A DNA stretch of 60,331 bases from a virus (lineage: Duplodnaviria > Caudoviricetes). This document shows, piece by piece, positions 1 to 9,061 of this stretch. Position 1 is the stretch's first letter, and each line of letters starts with the position of its first letter. A program made the position numbers and the translations under genes. The stretch is from positions 1-60,331 of IMG/VR virus record IMGVR_UViG_3300025120_000050. The stretch is one strand, 5' to 3'. The notes below the pieces were generated by a model. The model was not told where the DNA came from. It was given only the letters and a program-made list of their open reading frames with translations, and did no database searches.

Positions 1-614
1 TATTTTACAATCTTATCACTCAACTCCTTTGGATATGGTGCAAGATGTTTGGATGCAGTCTCTGGATTAATCTTCCAAACATTAGATCTTTCATAATCTT
101 CTTTGACTAAAGACTGTTCCAATATATCATCTTCATATGATCTAACAACTTTATCAATCAAGAAGTCTGCTGTTTTCTGAAAGATAAAAATAGTCTCACT
201 TACAATATTAGGTTTGTATGCAACTGGTTTACGATGCTGATAGAAACCACCATTACGATTGATAGCAGCACCTTCTGGTTTTACCCAGACAATATCATCA
301 ATATATTTCCATCCCATCTTCTCCATTAAGGAAAAGAAATGAAATGGAATAGCAAGTCTCTTACTCTCATGTGCTCTACTTTCTCTTGCCTGAATCACAG
401 GAGATAGATTGACGGCACACATTCTTCCAGGTTTAGTAACCCGCAGAACTTGTTCAAATACATTAGTAAGAAACTGCAAATACTCCTCATAAGTGGGCCA
501 AATAGAATAAGACCTCGCATTATAATATGGAGGAGAAGTGCAAGTAAGATGCACAATGTCATCACCAATAGTTTTTAAGACTTCTTGAGAGTCCCCAAGT
601 AAGATTTTATTCAT
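1..614 (-). CDS. DNA methyltransferase, beta-class N4-C/N6-A type (3' end truncated by window edge)
   Basis: Not in ORF track. Manual translation from ATG at 614: MNKILLGDSQEVLKTIGDDIVHLTCTSPPYYNAR...LRVTKPGRMC...IVWVKP...NVWKINP...HLAPYPKEL. SPPY catalytic motif near the N-terminus and H-x-A-x-[FY]-P motif fit beta-class amino-MTases. ATGA overlap with the HNH stop. Confidence 0.9.
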   Translation of the reverse strand, partial: MNKILLGDSQEVLKTIGDDIVHLTCTSPPYYNARSYSIWPTYEEYLQFLTNVFEQVLRVTKPGRMCAVNLSPVIQARESRAHESKRLAIPFHFFSLMEKMGWKYIDDIVWVKPEGAAINRNGGFYQHRKPVAYKPNIVSETIFIFQKTADFLIDKVVRSYEDDILEQSLVKEDYERSNVWKINPETASKHLAPYPKELSDKIVK

Positions 615-1033
615 CCAATATTGCGAGCAGAAGATTTATTTGAATTACAGTCACCATTTTCAAGTGACTTTTTACCATGACAAAGTTTGCAGAAAGTCTT
701 CACATTACCTGGCACATTATTATAGTGGTTTCCATCAAGATGGTCAAGGTCAAGAGAGTTTTGGAAACCAATCCAACCATCACGAGGAACAGGACACTTG
801 AATCCAAGTTGCTCATCATGATTCTCACAGTAGTCCTTCTTGTGAATATTTACACCAGGAATAGTTTTTCCTTTTTTACGAGCATTAGTGCAACGAGAGC
901 ACTCGGATTTGAAGGACCAATACTTCCATTCACGGACAGTCACTTTATTACAGCAACCATCATTTACACAATCAGGAAGTTCATGCCCTTCGGCAAAGAA
1001 CTTTACTTTCTGTTGCTGTGAGAGAGAAGTCAC
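611..1033 (-). CDS. HNH endonuclease with Zn-binding Cys pairs
   Basis: LDLDHLDGNHYNN..NVKTFCKLCH HNH core plus additional CxxC pairs; GTG start. Confidence 0.85.
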   Translation of the reverse strand: MTSLSQQQKVKFFAEGHELPDCVNDGCCNKVTVREWKYWSFKSECSRCTNARKKGKTIPGVNIHKKDYCENHDEQLGFKCPVPRDGWIGFQNSLDLDHLDGNHYNNVPGNVKTFCKLCHGKKSLENGDCNSNKSSARNIG

Positions 1034-1056
1034 TCGGTTTGATTTCGTATGAACCT

Positions 1057-1113
1057 ATTATAAGGCAGATTGAGACGTAGTAGTGATAGAGTGGACAGTT
1101 CCTCAATTGGTTT
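1057..1113 (-). promoter_or_regulatory. Early-type promoter module (palindrome plus TATAAT) upstream of the HNH-MTase pair
   Basis: Minus-strand TATAAT at 1062-1057. GTGGACAGTT..AATTGGTT element begins at 1091, 28 nt from the -10, matching the geometry in the 42-52 kb early block. Confidence 0.7.
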
Positions 1114-1116
1114 CAT

Positions 1117-2766
1117 TTATCTATAATCCCACATGTAAGATCTATCCCCATATTCATCTGCTTTAAACCAAGTGTCACCCTCAGAATCTACAAAAATTTC
1201 ATCATCTAATCCATCATTTAAAAATCCAAATGGTGCCATGTCTTGTTCAATTTGATTTTTTTGTTCTTCATATAATCTTTTTCTAACATCTTGATCTGTC
1301 AGTTCCTTAAAATAATCCTGTGCTACTAACCAAGCATAAATTACCAAACACATTGCCAAGTCGTCATTACATCCTTCTTCTGCTTGAAATGAATTGTGTT
1401 TTGAAATGAATGTAGTTAGCTCAGAAATAATCTCATAATCATTAAAAATTAATTTATTTTCCTCAATCATTGTTTTTAAATTGAGTGATCCAACTTTTTT
1501 AACAGTCTTAGACATTTTAACACCAAGTTGTGTTTTTTTGCCTGAAAATCCCTGACCAACAATTTGACCTGCTCTACCTCTCATTGAACACATTAATAAA
1601 TTTTGATATTCAAGATCATATTGAATAATACTAGCCACTTGATCACCAATATCATTTACTTCACATAAAATGAATGCCTCATTATATAATTTTGCCATTT
1701 CCCAAATAACATTTGGAAACAGCATTGGTTTTATGTCATTTTTTCTATATTTTGCCACAATTTTGTGTGGAAACTCAGTAATATCAAAAATAACAAATGC
1801 AGAGTAATCTTCTCCTACACCTCTTGCTACATCAACAGTAATTACATAATCATTTTTTTCATCAGGAGGAGCATAGATGTCTATTCCTGCATTAGATTTT
1901 AAAGGATTTTCATAAACTAATGATTTTAATTTACTTGGAGCAACAAGAGTATCAACAGAACCTAAGAACTCACACTCAAACTCAATTTTAAATTGAGATT
2001 CTGATGTATTTGCTATTGTTTGTTGTTTCCATTTTTCATCTCTACCAGGAACTTCACTCCAATGAACATCAGTTGGAATATATTCATTTCTTCCTTTTTC
2101 AGCATCATGCCACATTCTATAGAAGTGGTTCATACCATGAGGGGTAGAAACTATGATGACTTTTGTGCTTTTACCAGAAGTAATAGTAGGATAAACAGAT
2201 GCAAAAAAGGAATCTGCAATATGATTGGGGACAAACGCAAATTCATCCAGGAAGAGAATATTAAATGACATGCCTCTGACAGCACTTGCAGATGTAGAAG
2301 CTGCTAATATTTTACTACCATTTTCTAACTCTAAAGATCCTTTATTCCATGAAACAATACCTTGCTGCATCCATTTTGGTAAGTTTTCATACGCAGTTTG
2401 TAATCTGCCTAAAAGTTCTCTAGCAGTTGCTGCTTTGTTAGCAAGGATGCCAATATTAACAGAGTCATTGAAAACCGCATAATGAAGAAGATAAGAAATA
2501 ACTGTAGTACTTTTGCCAGTTTGCCTTGGCATCTTACAGATGTTAAACCTATTCTCATGGAAGTTATTAATTAACTTTTCTTGAAAATGATATGGATTAA
2601 ATTGAGTTAGTCCCTCATCTAGAGAAACAATTTTTACATAATTTGCAGCAAAGTAAACAGGATCTTCCTTACACCTAATAAATTCCTCAATATTTTCTTG
2701 AGTAAATTCAATAGGTGTATTTGCTTTTTTTAAATTTGGATTTCCAAGATATACATTATCAGGCAT
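1117..2766 (-). CDS. gp17: Terminase large subunit (T4 gp17-like)
   Basis: YLGNPNLKK N-terminus, Walker A PRQTGKST, Walker B LFLDEFAFV, nuclease VDVARG and DDLAMCL motifs. Confidence 0.98.
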   Translation of the reverse strand: MPDNVYLGNPNLKKANTPIEFTQENIEEFIRCKEDPVYFAANYVKIVSLDEGLTQFNPYHFQEKLINNFHENRFNICKMPRQTGKSTTVISYLLHYAVFNDSVNIGILANKAATARELLGRLQTAYENLPKWMQQGIVSWNKGSLELENGSKILAASTSASAVRGMSFNILFLDEFAFVPNHIADSFFASVYPTITSGKSTKVIIVSTPHGMNHFYRMWHDAEKGRNEYIPTDVHWSEVPGRDEKWKQQTIANTSESQFKIEFECEFLGSVDTLVAPSKLKSLVYENPLKSNAGIDIYAPPDEKNDYVITVDVARGVGEDYSAFVIFDITEFPHKIVAKYRKNDIKPMLFPNVIWEMAKLYNEAFILCEVNDIGDQVASIIQYDLEYQNLLMCSMRGRAGQIVGQGFSGKKTQLGVKMSKTVKKVGSLNLKTMIEENKLIFNDYEIISELTTFISKHNSFQAEEGCNDDLAMCLVIYAWLVAQDYFKELTDQDVRKRLYEEQKNQIEQDMAPFGFLNDGLDDEIFVDSEGDTWFKADEYGDRSYMWDYR

Positions 2767-2773
2767 ATTTTAT

Positions 2774-4345
2774 TCAGCAATTCCAAGCTCTTAATGATTT
2801 ATTGATTCTGCTATCTGGATCATTAGCAGTTTTAGCAGAAGTTAGTTTTTTCTTCATGCCTTTCATTCTTGCACAGAATGAAGATCTTCTTTTATTTCCA
2901 ACTTTTTTGGATGGTGATTTTAAATCACTTCCTGGATTATCACGTTCATATGATTTTCTACCTTTTTCATTCAAACCCCCTTCAGGGTTTTTTCCAGACT
3001 TTTTTGTCCATGCTGCTGCCTCATCAACTTCAACTTTTTTTTTATTTGTAAGTTGTGCCTTGCGACCAGCAGGATTCTGCATAGCAATTCTGCGTTGCAT
3101 CTGCTTATTAGTTTCTTTTTCATCACCAACAGAGACAGCTCTCTGCTCTTTACCATATGCTTTATTAGACTGACGTGCCATCTTTTCTTTAGGAAGCACT
3201 TTATAACCTTCTTCTACTTCAGAATCTACATCAACATTTTCAACTTCTTCATATACTCCAGCATTTACAAACTGCTCACCTGGTTGAAAAGGAGATAAAT
3301 TATAATTTCTTATAGTAGAACCAGGATAGATTTTTTGAATGGCATCCTGAACTTCATCTCTCTTTGGTTTTCTAATTTCAGGGAAGAATAATTTTATCAT
3401 ATAAGTTTTTGCTCTCCATGAGAAAACAACACTATAAACATTTCCAGTTTGAGCAGGAATCCTTACAGATTCATCAATTTTCTCAGATGGGCATTCCTTC
3501 ATACCATGAATAGGGCACTCCTCATCTTTATGATTGTGAACACATTTTTTCTTTTCATCCAAATATTCTACTTCTTCTTTAGTTGCTGTCTTCCAACTAC
3601 CACCTGCTGCTTTATACTTCTTAGCAGCCCAACCATTAGCATATGCTGATGGATATACATCAAATTTTGCCTTTGCTTGTGATTTAAACTTAGACCACAA
3701 TGCAGGTTTAGTAGGAACATTCTTTTCTACAAGAATCCACTCATTTTCACATTCAATTTTTTCAAGAATTGCTTTTACCATAGGAGTATGTTCTTCCTTT
3801 GCATTCTTAGGAACACAATTAGGAACCATCTTACCACCTTTCTTCTTCATCCCAACTTGTTTATGGGAGTCCCAGCAAGGATCACCCTTACCCTCATCCA
3901 TGTGATCAGCAGACTTGTAACGCTTGTCACCTGCCTTCATCTTTTGATATGCAAGAGTATTTGCTTTCTTGTCAGCATTTGTGACAACCATACGATTGTC
4001 TTTTGGTGCTTCCTTCTTAGCAGGAGTTCCACCATATACTGCTTCATCAACAATCTCTTCTTTGATTTTATTTGAAGTCATGATTGGTTTTCCTCCTTTA
4101 CCTGGTCTGTCTGCAACTGGATCTTGTCTTCTTTTTCTTTTTACAGCAGAAGCTCTTTCTGCTTTAGACATTTTTGATGCTTTTTCATTAGAAAGACATT
4201 TAGGTTTTCCTTCACCCTCACCTCTAGCACATTTACCAATTCTTTCACCTTTTGTATTATAACGATCCCATCCACCACCTCCTTTACCACCTTCAGGTCC
4301 TGAACCAAACCATTTTCTTAGATCTTCTTTTTGAATATCTGACAT
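2774..4345 (-). CDS. Modular basic protein, candidate internal head polyprotein
   Basis: Series of Lys/Gly-rich modules separated by acidic linkers ending in hydrophobic-x-E. ATG at 4345 preferred over TTG at 4351. Late-promoter-like CTAAATA upstream. Confidence 0.8.
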   Translation of the reverse strand: MSDIQKEDLRKWFGSGPEGGKGGGGWDRYNTKGERIGKCARGEGEGKPKCLSNEKASKMSKAERASAVKRKRRQDPVADRPGKGGKPIMTSNKIKEEIVDEAVYGGTPAKKEAPKDNRMVVTNADKKANTLAYQKMKAGDKRYKSADHMDEGKGDPCWDSHKQVGMKKKGGKMVPNCVPKNAKEEHTPMVKAILEKIECENEWILVEKNVPTKPALWSKFKSQAKAKFDVYPSAYANGWAAKKYKAAGGSWKTATKEEVEYLDEKKKCVHNHKDEECPIHGMKECPSEKIDESVRIPAQTGNVYSVVFSWRAKTYMIKLFFPEIRKPKRDEVQDAIQKIYPGSTIRNYNLSPFQPGEQFVNAGVYEEVENVDVDSEVEEGYKVLPKEKMARQSNKAYGKEQRAVSVGDEKETNKQMQRRIAMQNPAGRKAQLTNKKKVEVDEAAAWTKKSGKNPEGGLNEKGRKSYERDNPGSDLKSPSKKVGNKRRSSFCARMKGMKKKLTSAKTANDPDSRINKSLRAWNC

Positions 4346-4369
4346 TGCCAAGGAGAGAGTCTTAATAGT

Positions 4370-4376
4370 TATTTAG
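4370..4376 (-). promoter_or_regulatory. Late promoter-like motif (CTAAATA)
   Basis: Variant of the T4-type TATAAATA late -10, about 25 nt upstream of the next start. Confidence 0.5.
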
Positions 4377-4960
4377 CAATCATTTATTAGTGATCCAACT
4401 GTAGATCCTGCTGCAGATCCAATATTTTGACCCAATAAAGTTGCCCACCCTGCTGCCAACCATCCAATATAAGGTATATTCATAACTGCTGGTACTGCTA
4501 CTCCAGCTGCTATAGCACTACCTGCCATTGCACCTTGTGATCGTGCGCCAGCGTCCGCCACTAAACACTCTTCTTCTCGGGCAGTCAACTTTCCCTCGCC
4601 GTCTCCTGCAACACCTCCTAAATTTCTAGTACCGTCCATAGTGAATTGGTCTTTACGCCACTCACGTCTTCTTTCATCACCACCTCCAAAAAATCCTTTC
4701 TTAGTTTTATCTAAAGACAGTGATCTTTGTGATTCAAGAATAGCAGGGTCATTTGCTCTATATTCTATACTATACCCATCTTTACCTGCTTCAACTTTGT
4801 ATGAAGAGTAAGGACCACGTGGGATATTAATTACAGGAGATTCATAAACAGATTGCTTTGATTCATGTTGAATAAGATGCCCTAAAACTCCAATATGAGC
4901 AATACCTATAATGGATCCCAAAGTTATTAGTACTATCTTTGCAGGTTTTACAGATTTCAT
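4373..4960 (-). CDS. Hypothetical membrane protein with glycine-zipper-like C-terminus
   Basis: N-terminal hydrophobic helix; C-terminal GAMAGSAIAAG..IPYIGWLAAGW..GSAAGSTVG. Confidence 0.7.
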   Translation of the reverse strand: MKSVKPAKIVLITLGSIIGIAHIGVLGHLIQHESKQSVYESPVINIPRGPYSSYKVEAGKDGYSIEYRANDPAILESQRSLSLDKTKKGFFGGGDERRREWRKDQFTMDGTRNLGGVAGDGEGKLTAREEECLVADAGARSQGAMAGSAIAAGVAVPAVMNIPYIGWLAAGWATLLGQNIGSAAGSTVGSLINDC

Positions 4961-4986
4961 ACCAATAACAATAGATACTGCTCATA

Positions 4987-4993
4987 TATTTAG
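4987..4993 (-). promoter_or_regulatory. Late promoter-like motif (CTAAATA)
   Basis: Intergenic, 27 nt upstream of ATG 4960. Confidence 0.5.
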
Positions 4994-4996
4994 CAA

Positions 4997-5656
4997 TTAA
5001 TCTTTTTTCTTAGTCTTCTTTTTCATTATATTGATGAATTTTCTATAAACAGCTGCTTCTGAAGTCTTACCCATCTCTCTTGCTCTTTGTTCCATAGCAA
5101 CTGCTGCTTGGATTTTATGAGCATGAGATCTTGACGATTTTCTTATTTTAGTTACTGATGCTTTAGCAGTAGCAACATCTTTAAATCCCAAACCATGAAT
5201 AGTTCCTTTGGGATTTTCATCAGTGTATAAATCAGAATGCTTTTTAGAATTAGCAGGTTGACCTTTTTTTCTGGGGATGCGAGGATTTGATTCCTCAGCA
5301 AACATTTTAAAATTTTTTCTTACTCTATTATAATTTCCTTCATCCATTTTATTTACAAATTCTTTTGATGCTGAAACCATTGCATCAATTGATGGACCAT
5401 CACCCATATTATTTCCAAGAGTTACTTTCATTACAGGATAAACTGAAGAGAAAGTATTATATCTGTTCTCTCCAGATTCTCCTGCTGTTTGAAAAGCTTG
5501 AGATAATAAGTCATCATCTTTAGGAAATAACCTTGGAGTTCTTCCTGCAACTGGTCCAGCAGCACTTGAATCATTTGAAAATGCTGCTGGTTCTCCAGGA
5601 CCATTTCCATGATTGGTTGGTGTTTCTAAAATAAATTCTTTAAATGATTTCATCAT
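4997..5656 (-). CDS. Candidate internal head protein with capsid-targeting-like N-terminus
   Basis: Start revised to ATG 5656 (ATGA overlap with upstream stop), giving MMKSFKEFILE, which resembles the T4 internal-protein CTS MKTYQEFIAE. Basic C-terminal domain. Confidence 0.7.
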   Translation of the reverse strand: MMKSFKEFILETPTNHGNGPGEPAAFSNDSSAAGPVAGRTPRLFPKDDDLLSQAFQTAGESGENRYNTFSSVYPVMKVTLGNNMGDGPSIDAMVSASKEFVNKMDEGNYNRVRKNFKMFAEESNPRIPRKKGQPANSKKHSDLYTDENPKGTIHGLGFKDVATAKASVTKIRKSSRSHAHKIQAAVAMEQRAREMGKTSEAAVYRKFINIMKKKTKKKD

Positions 5657-7608
5657 CCATCCAGTGCAACAGTGAGACCAAGAGTCATACCTGGCAGTGA
5701 CTGCCAAGAAGTACCATTATAGAATTCAATTTTTTTACTTGTTGTATTATATATCATAGCTCCTTCAAGAAAAGTTCCAGCACTAGTTGCATTATCCCTA
5801 GTAGTAGTTGTATACATTGCAGGATAAAAAGCAGTTGATGCTTTTAGTGTGGAGGCAGTGACAATCCCTGCATAATCAGCATTACCAGAAGATAGTATTG
5901 TTACTCCAATTCCAGTACCATCATCAAAATCATATCCAACATTAATCTCTGTTCTAGCAGTTACAATTCCAATGGAATCAACACTGATTTTATTTTCTGT
6001 TCTAAGAGTTCCACCAATAGTTACATTGCCACTAAATGTTGCAGAAGTTGCAGTTATAAAACCAACAGACATTCCAGTGCTTGAAGTATTTCCTTCAGTA
6101 AGGACTTCATCTAATGTTGTAGAACCTGATAATGCAGTACTTGCAATACCAACCCACTTTGATGTGGTTGAATTGTAAATAAGAAGTTGATTATCTGTTC
6201 CATCAAAAGAAACATCATCTAGATCTCTTATAAATCCTGCTCCACCACCACCCATAGTGGAAAGTTGAGTTGTTATTCTATTAATAAAAAGTCTGTAGTG
6301 CGCAGACAAATCATCTAAAGTAGCAAATTTTTTATCTAATGGAGTTAATGGATCAGTTTGATTTCCAGCAGTTTCTTTTTCATTTGGAGGTTCATTAAGA
6401 AGATATTGTTCAACTAATTGTTGTTGTTCTTCTTTTATTCTATCTTTTAAATTATTTAATTCTAAATTTAAATTTTTTAATTCTTCTCTTACACTTTTAA
6501 CTTCACTTTTAAAATCACTTCTTAAATCATCAATGTCTTTCTCATAGTATTTTACTTGAGGAAGATTGTTTACCTCTTCTTTTAATTTAGTAAAAACTTT
6601 TAGTAATGTTTCATCAGTATTAACACTCTCACGATTTATTCGTTTAATCTCTTTTTCAAGTGATTGTTTTAATTTATTTTGTTCACTTAATATTGCCTTT
6701 TTTAATTTTCTATCATCATCTTTAAATTCTCTATGATGCTCCCAAACTTTTACTGAAGTTTCCTTTAATTCATTAAATATATTATTCTTTACCTCTTGAT
6801 GATTTTCAATTATATTCTTTACATCAACCTTTAATTCAAAATCTTTTGTTTCAATAGTCTCATTTAACTCTGAAACTCTAAAGTCAATCTTCTCTTTAAT
6901 TAAATCAAGGTGTCCTTGAACCTTATTAAAGTCATCATCAATGATACTAAAAGTCTTTCCTATCCAAGAAAAGTCAGGAACCTCTTCTACTTTCTGAACC
7001 CAATCAGGAAAAGTGGGAATTGACTCCTTTACATCTTGAATTTTTGTTTTTAGTGCTTCAAGATCACTTTCATAGTACTTTACTTCTGGTAAAGATGAAA
7101 TTTCTTCCTTAATTAAATCAATTTTTTTGTAAATATATTCAATATCTCCATCATATTGTTTAATTTCAGGTATTTCAGGTATTTTTGACTCTATTTCAGT
7201 TAATTTTACTTCAAATTCTTCATTTTTTGCATCTAAATTATAAATTTTATCACTTTTAAGATCAAACCTTGATAAATTATCTTGAATTTCAATAATTTTT
7301 TCACTTAAATCACCTAATTCATCATCATAATACTTTATTTCAGGTATTTCTGGAATATCTTTTCTTACATCATTAACAAGACGTACTAATTCCTGCCATT
7401 CTGGTGCTTTTACTACATCTATAACCTCTAAAAATGATTCACCATTAGCATCTTCTATGGTTTCAGAATTATTTTCTTCTGGTTGTACAACAAATTCTTC
7501 TATAGAAGGAAGATTTTCTTCCTTAAAACTATCTAAAGAAGGTAAATCTTCTTGATTTTGTAAAAAATCATTGACTGACGGTAAATTTTCACCTTCTTTT
7601 TGTGACAT
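5653..7608 (-). CDS. Long coiled-coil/repeat protein with fibre-like C-terminus (probable virion protein)
   Basis: Repeated P[EQ][IV]K[YQ]Y[DE] motifs in heptad-rich sequence, then GGGGAG..LDDV and a Ser/Thr/Gly-rich beta region. Confidence 0.7.
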   Translation of the reverse strand: MSQKEGENLPSVNDFLQNQEDLPSLDSFKEENLPSIEEFVVQPEENNSETIEDANGESFLEVIDVVKAPEWQELVRLVNDVRKDIPEIPEIKYYDDELGDLSEKIIEIQDNLSRFDLKSDKIYNLDAKNEEFEVKLTEIESKIPEIPEIKQYDGDIEYIYKKIDLIKEEISSLPEVKYYESDLEALKTKIQDVKESIPTFPDWVQKVEEVPDFSWIGKTFSIIDDDFNKVQGHLDLIKEKIDFRVSELNETIETKDFELKVDVKNIIENHQEVKNNIFNELKETSVKVWEHHREFKDDDRKLKKAILSEQNKLKQSLEKEIKRINRESVNTDETLLKVFTKLKEEVNNLPQVKYYEKDIDDLRSDFKSEVKSVREELKNLNLELNNLKDRIKEEQQQLVEQYLLNEPPNEKETAGNQTDPLTPLDKKFATLDDLSAHYRLFINRITTQLSTMGGGGAGFIRDLDDVSFDGTDNQLLIYNSTTSKWVGIASTALSGSTTLDEVLTEGNTSSTGMSVGFITATSATFSGNVTIGGTLRTENKISVDSIGIVTARTEINVGYDFDDGTGIGVTILSSGNADYAGIVTASTLKASTAFYPAMYTTTTRDNATSAGTFLEGAMIYNTTSKKIEFYNGTSWQSLPGMTLGLTVALDG

Positions 7609-7649
7609 TGCTATTAGTATCCTTACTTTGGGATTTCTCTCCCTCTGAT

Positions 7650-8021
7650 CTATTTATTTGAATTATCCTTTAACAATTTCTGTAATTCAGCAGTTGATCC
7701 CACAAACAAAGCATTGTTTACTGTTGTTGGACCTTTACTTGTCTGCTGTTCATTAACATCTTTTAATTTTTGCTGAAGAGACATTAATTTATCAGTTGCA
7801 TCAGCAACATTTTTAATTAATTGGCCAGCAACTTCATATGCTCTTGGCATTTCACTTTCTTGTGCAAGTTCAAGAATACCATTAATTGCTTCCTGCCCCT
7901 TTTCAATAATTGAATAAAGATTACCTCTAGTATATTCGTAATCTTTTTCTACATCATTCTTATTAAGATGAGCAGGTCTTTCTTTTTCAATTGGTGTAAT
8001 GTTGATCATTTCATCATTCAT
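7650..8021 (-). CDS. gp16: Terminase small subunit (T4 gp16-like)
   Basis: DYEYTRGNL..PRAYEVAGQLIK..NNALFVGSTAELQKLLK; lies after gp15. Confidence 0.95.
   Translation of the reverse strand: MNDEMINITPIEKERPAHLNKNDVEKDYEYTRGNLYSIIEKGQEAINGILELAQESEMPRAYEVAGQLIKNVADATDKLMSLQQKLKDVNEQQTSKGPTTVNNALFVGSTAELQKLLKDNSNK
7651..7657 (-). promoter_or_regulatory. Late promoter (ATAAATA)
   Basis: T4-like late consensus overlapping the gp16 stop, upstream of the ORF starting at 7608. Confidence 0.6.
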
Positions 8022-9022
8022 GATACAACACCATCAAAACCAAAATTATCACCTATTTCAATAAACACATTATCTGCTTCAGTAATACTGAAGATTGCTG
8101 CTCCTAAAACATGTTCTTGCGCAGAAGTGTTCATCTGTGCTCTAGATACAGTCAAATTGTTACCAGAAATCTTAGTTACAAGCATGTTTTCTTCACCAAC
8201 ATAAATGTTAGTATTGTTAGTAACCTTTGTGCCATCTGCCACAGTGATTATTGTTTCTGTTAGATCAATATTCTCTGAAAGTTGAGTGATTTGAGAACCA
8301 TCATAATCTTTTGTTGCTTTAGGAACAACTGTATATGTTAGATCCCTTGAGTATGATCCTGTGCCTCTATTACCAGCAACAAGACCAATTTGAGTTTTTC
8401 TAATTACTTGATCTGTGACATCTGATTGTGGTCCAAACAGATAAGTCTTTGCAGTAAATCTTAAAGTATAAATTATAGCTCTTCTAGTATCAAAATTACC
8501 TTCATAATCATCTTCCATGCTTACACTATCCAATTGAATAGCAATATCTCTTTTTTCTTTTAAATTACCTAGAAAATTAATTGGAAGATGATATACTGGT
8601 TGAAAGTAAGGTAAAATCTGTTCTGCAATTTGAAGAATATCATCATTAAGTTTAGCCATTATTGCTAATTCAAATGACATATTGTAAGGAACAGGTAAAT
8701 AACCTTTTTTTAAATCTGTTCCTGTAGCAGGGTCTTTAACTACAAATGTTTGTGTTTGAGTTGTTTTTCTTGAGGGATCATACTGCATCCCATTAAATTC
8801 AAATGACATTCTTGGCAATGACATTTGAGTTGGTTTATTTAAATCTGATTGCTGCTCAAGTCTTGCTAAAAACTTTTGAGTAGGACCATAAGCCAAAGGA
8901 ACTTTAATAACACTTGTAGTGCTATCTGAGGAGTCTTTATGTCTTATTTCAATATTGTTGAATAATGATCCAAAAGAAATAATAACAGATCTAAAAATCT
9001 CGTTATAGAAATACTCAAACAT
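8018..9022 (-). CDS. gp15: Tail sheath stabilizer / tail completion protein (gp15-like)
   Basis: YFYNEIFR..FGSLFNNI..VPLAYGP.QKFL..LPRMSFE..EQILPYFQP; synteny. Confidence 0.95.
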   Translation of the reverse strand: MFEYFYNEIFRSVIISFGSLFNNIEIRHKDSSDSTTSVIKVPLAYGPTQKFLARLEQQSDLNKPTQMSLPRMSFEFNGMQYDPSRKTTQTQTFVVKDPATGTDLKKGYLPVPYNMSFELAIMAKLNDDILQIAEQILPYFQPVYHLPINFLGNLKEKRDIAIQLDSVSMEDDYEGNFDTRRAIIYTLRFTAKTYLFGPQSDVTDQVIRKTQIGLVAGNRGTGSYSRDLTYTVVPKATKDYDGSQITQLSENIDLTETIITVADGTKVTNNTNIYVGEENMLVTKISGNNLTVSRAQMNTSAQEHVLGAAIFSITEADNVFIEIGDNFGFDGVVS

Positions 9023-9043
9023 AGTATTTTTTTATTATACTAC

Positions 9044-9050
9044 TATTTAA
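9044..9050 (-). promoter_or_regulatory. Late promoter-like motif (TTAAATA)
   Basis: Intergenic, upstream of gp15. Confidence 0.4.
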
Positions 9051-9061
9051 CAATATTTTAA

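Noticed and set aside
1117-2766. Intron or intein in gp17
   Set aside because: Continuous 549-aa ORF with normally spaced motifs; the HNH gene is outside it.
5657-5707. Track start for the 236-aa ORF
   Set aside because: Lies inside the upstream gene; the ATGA-coupled start at 5656 exposes the CTS-like N-terminus.
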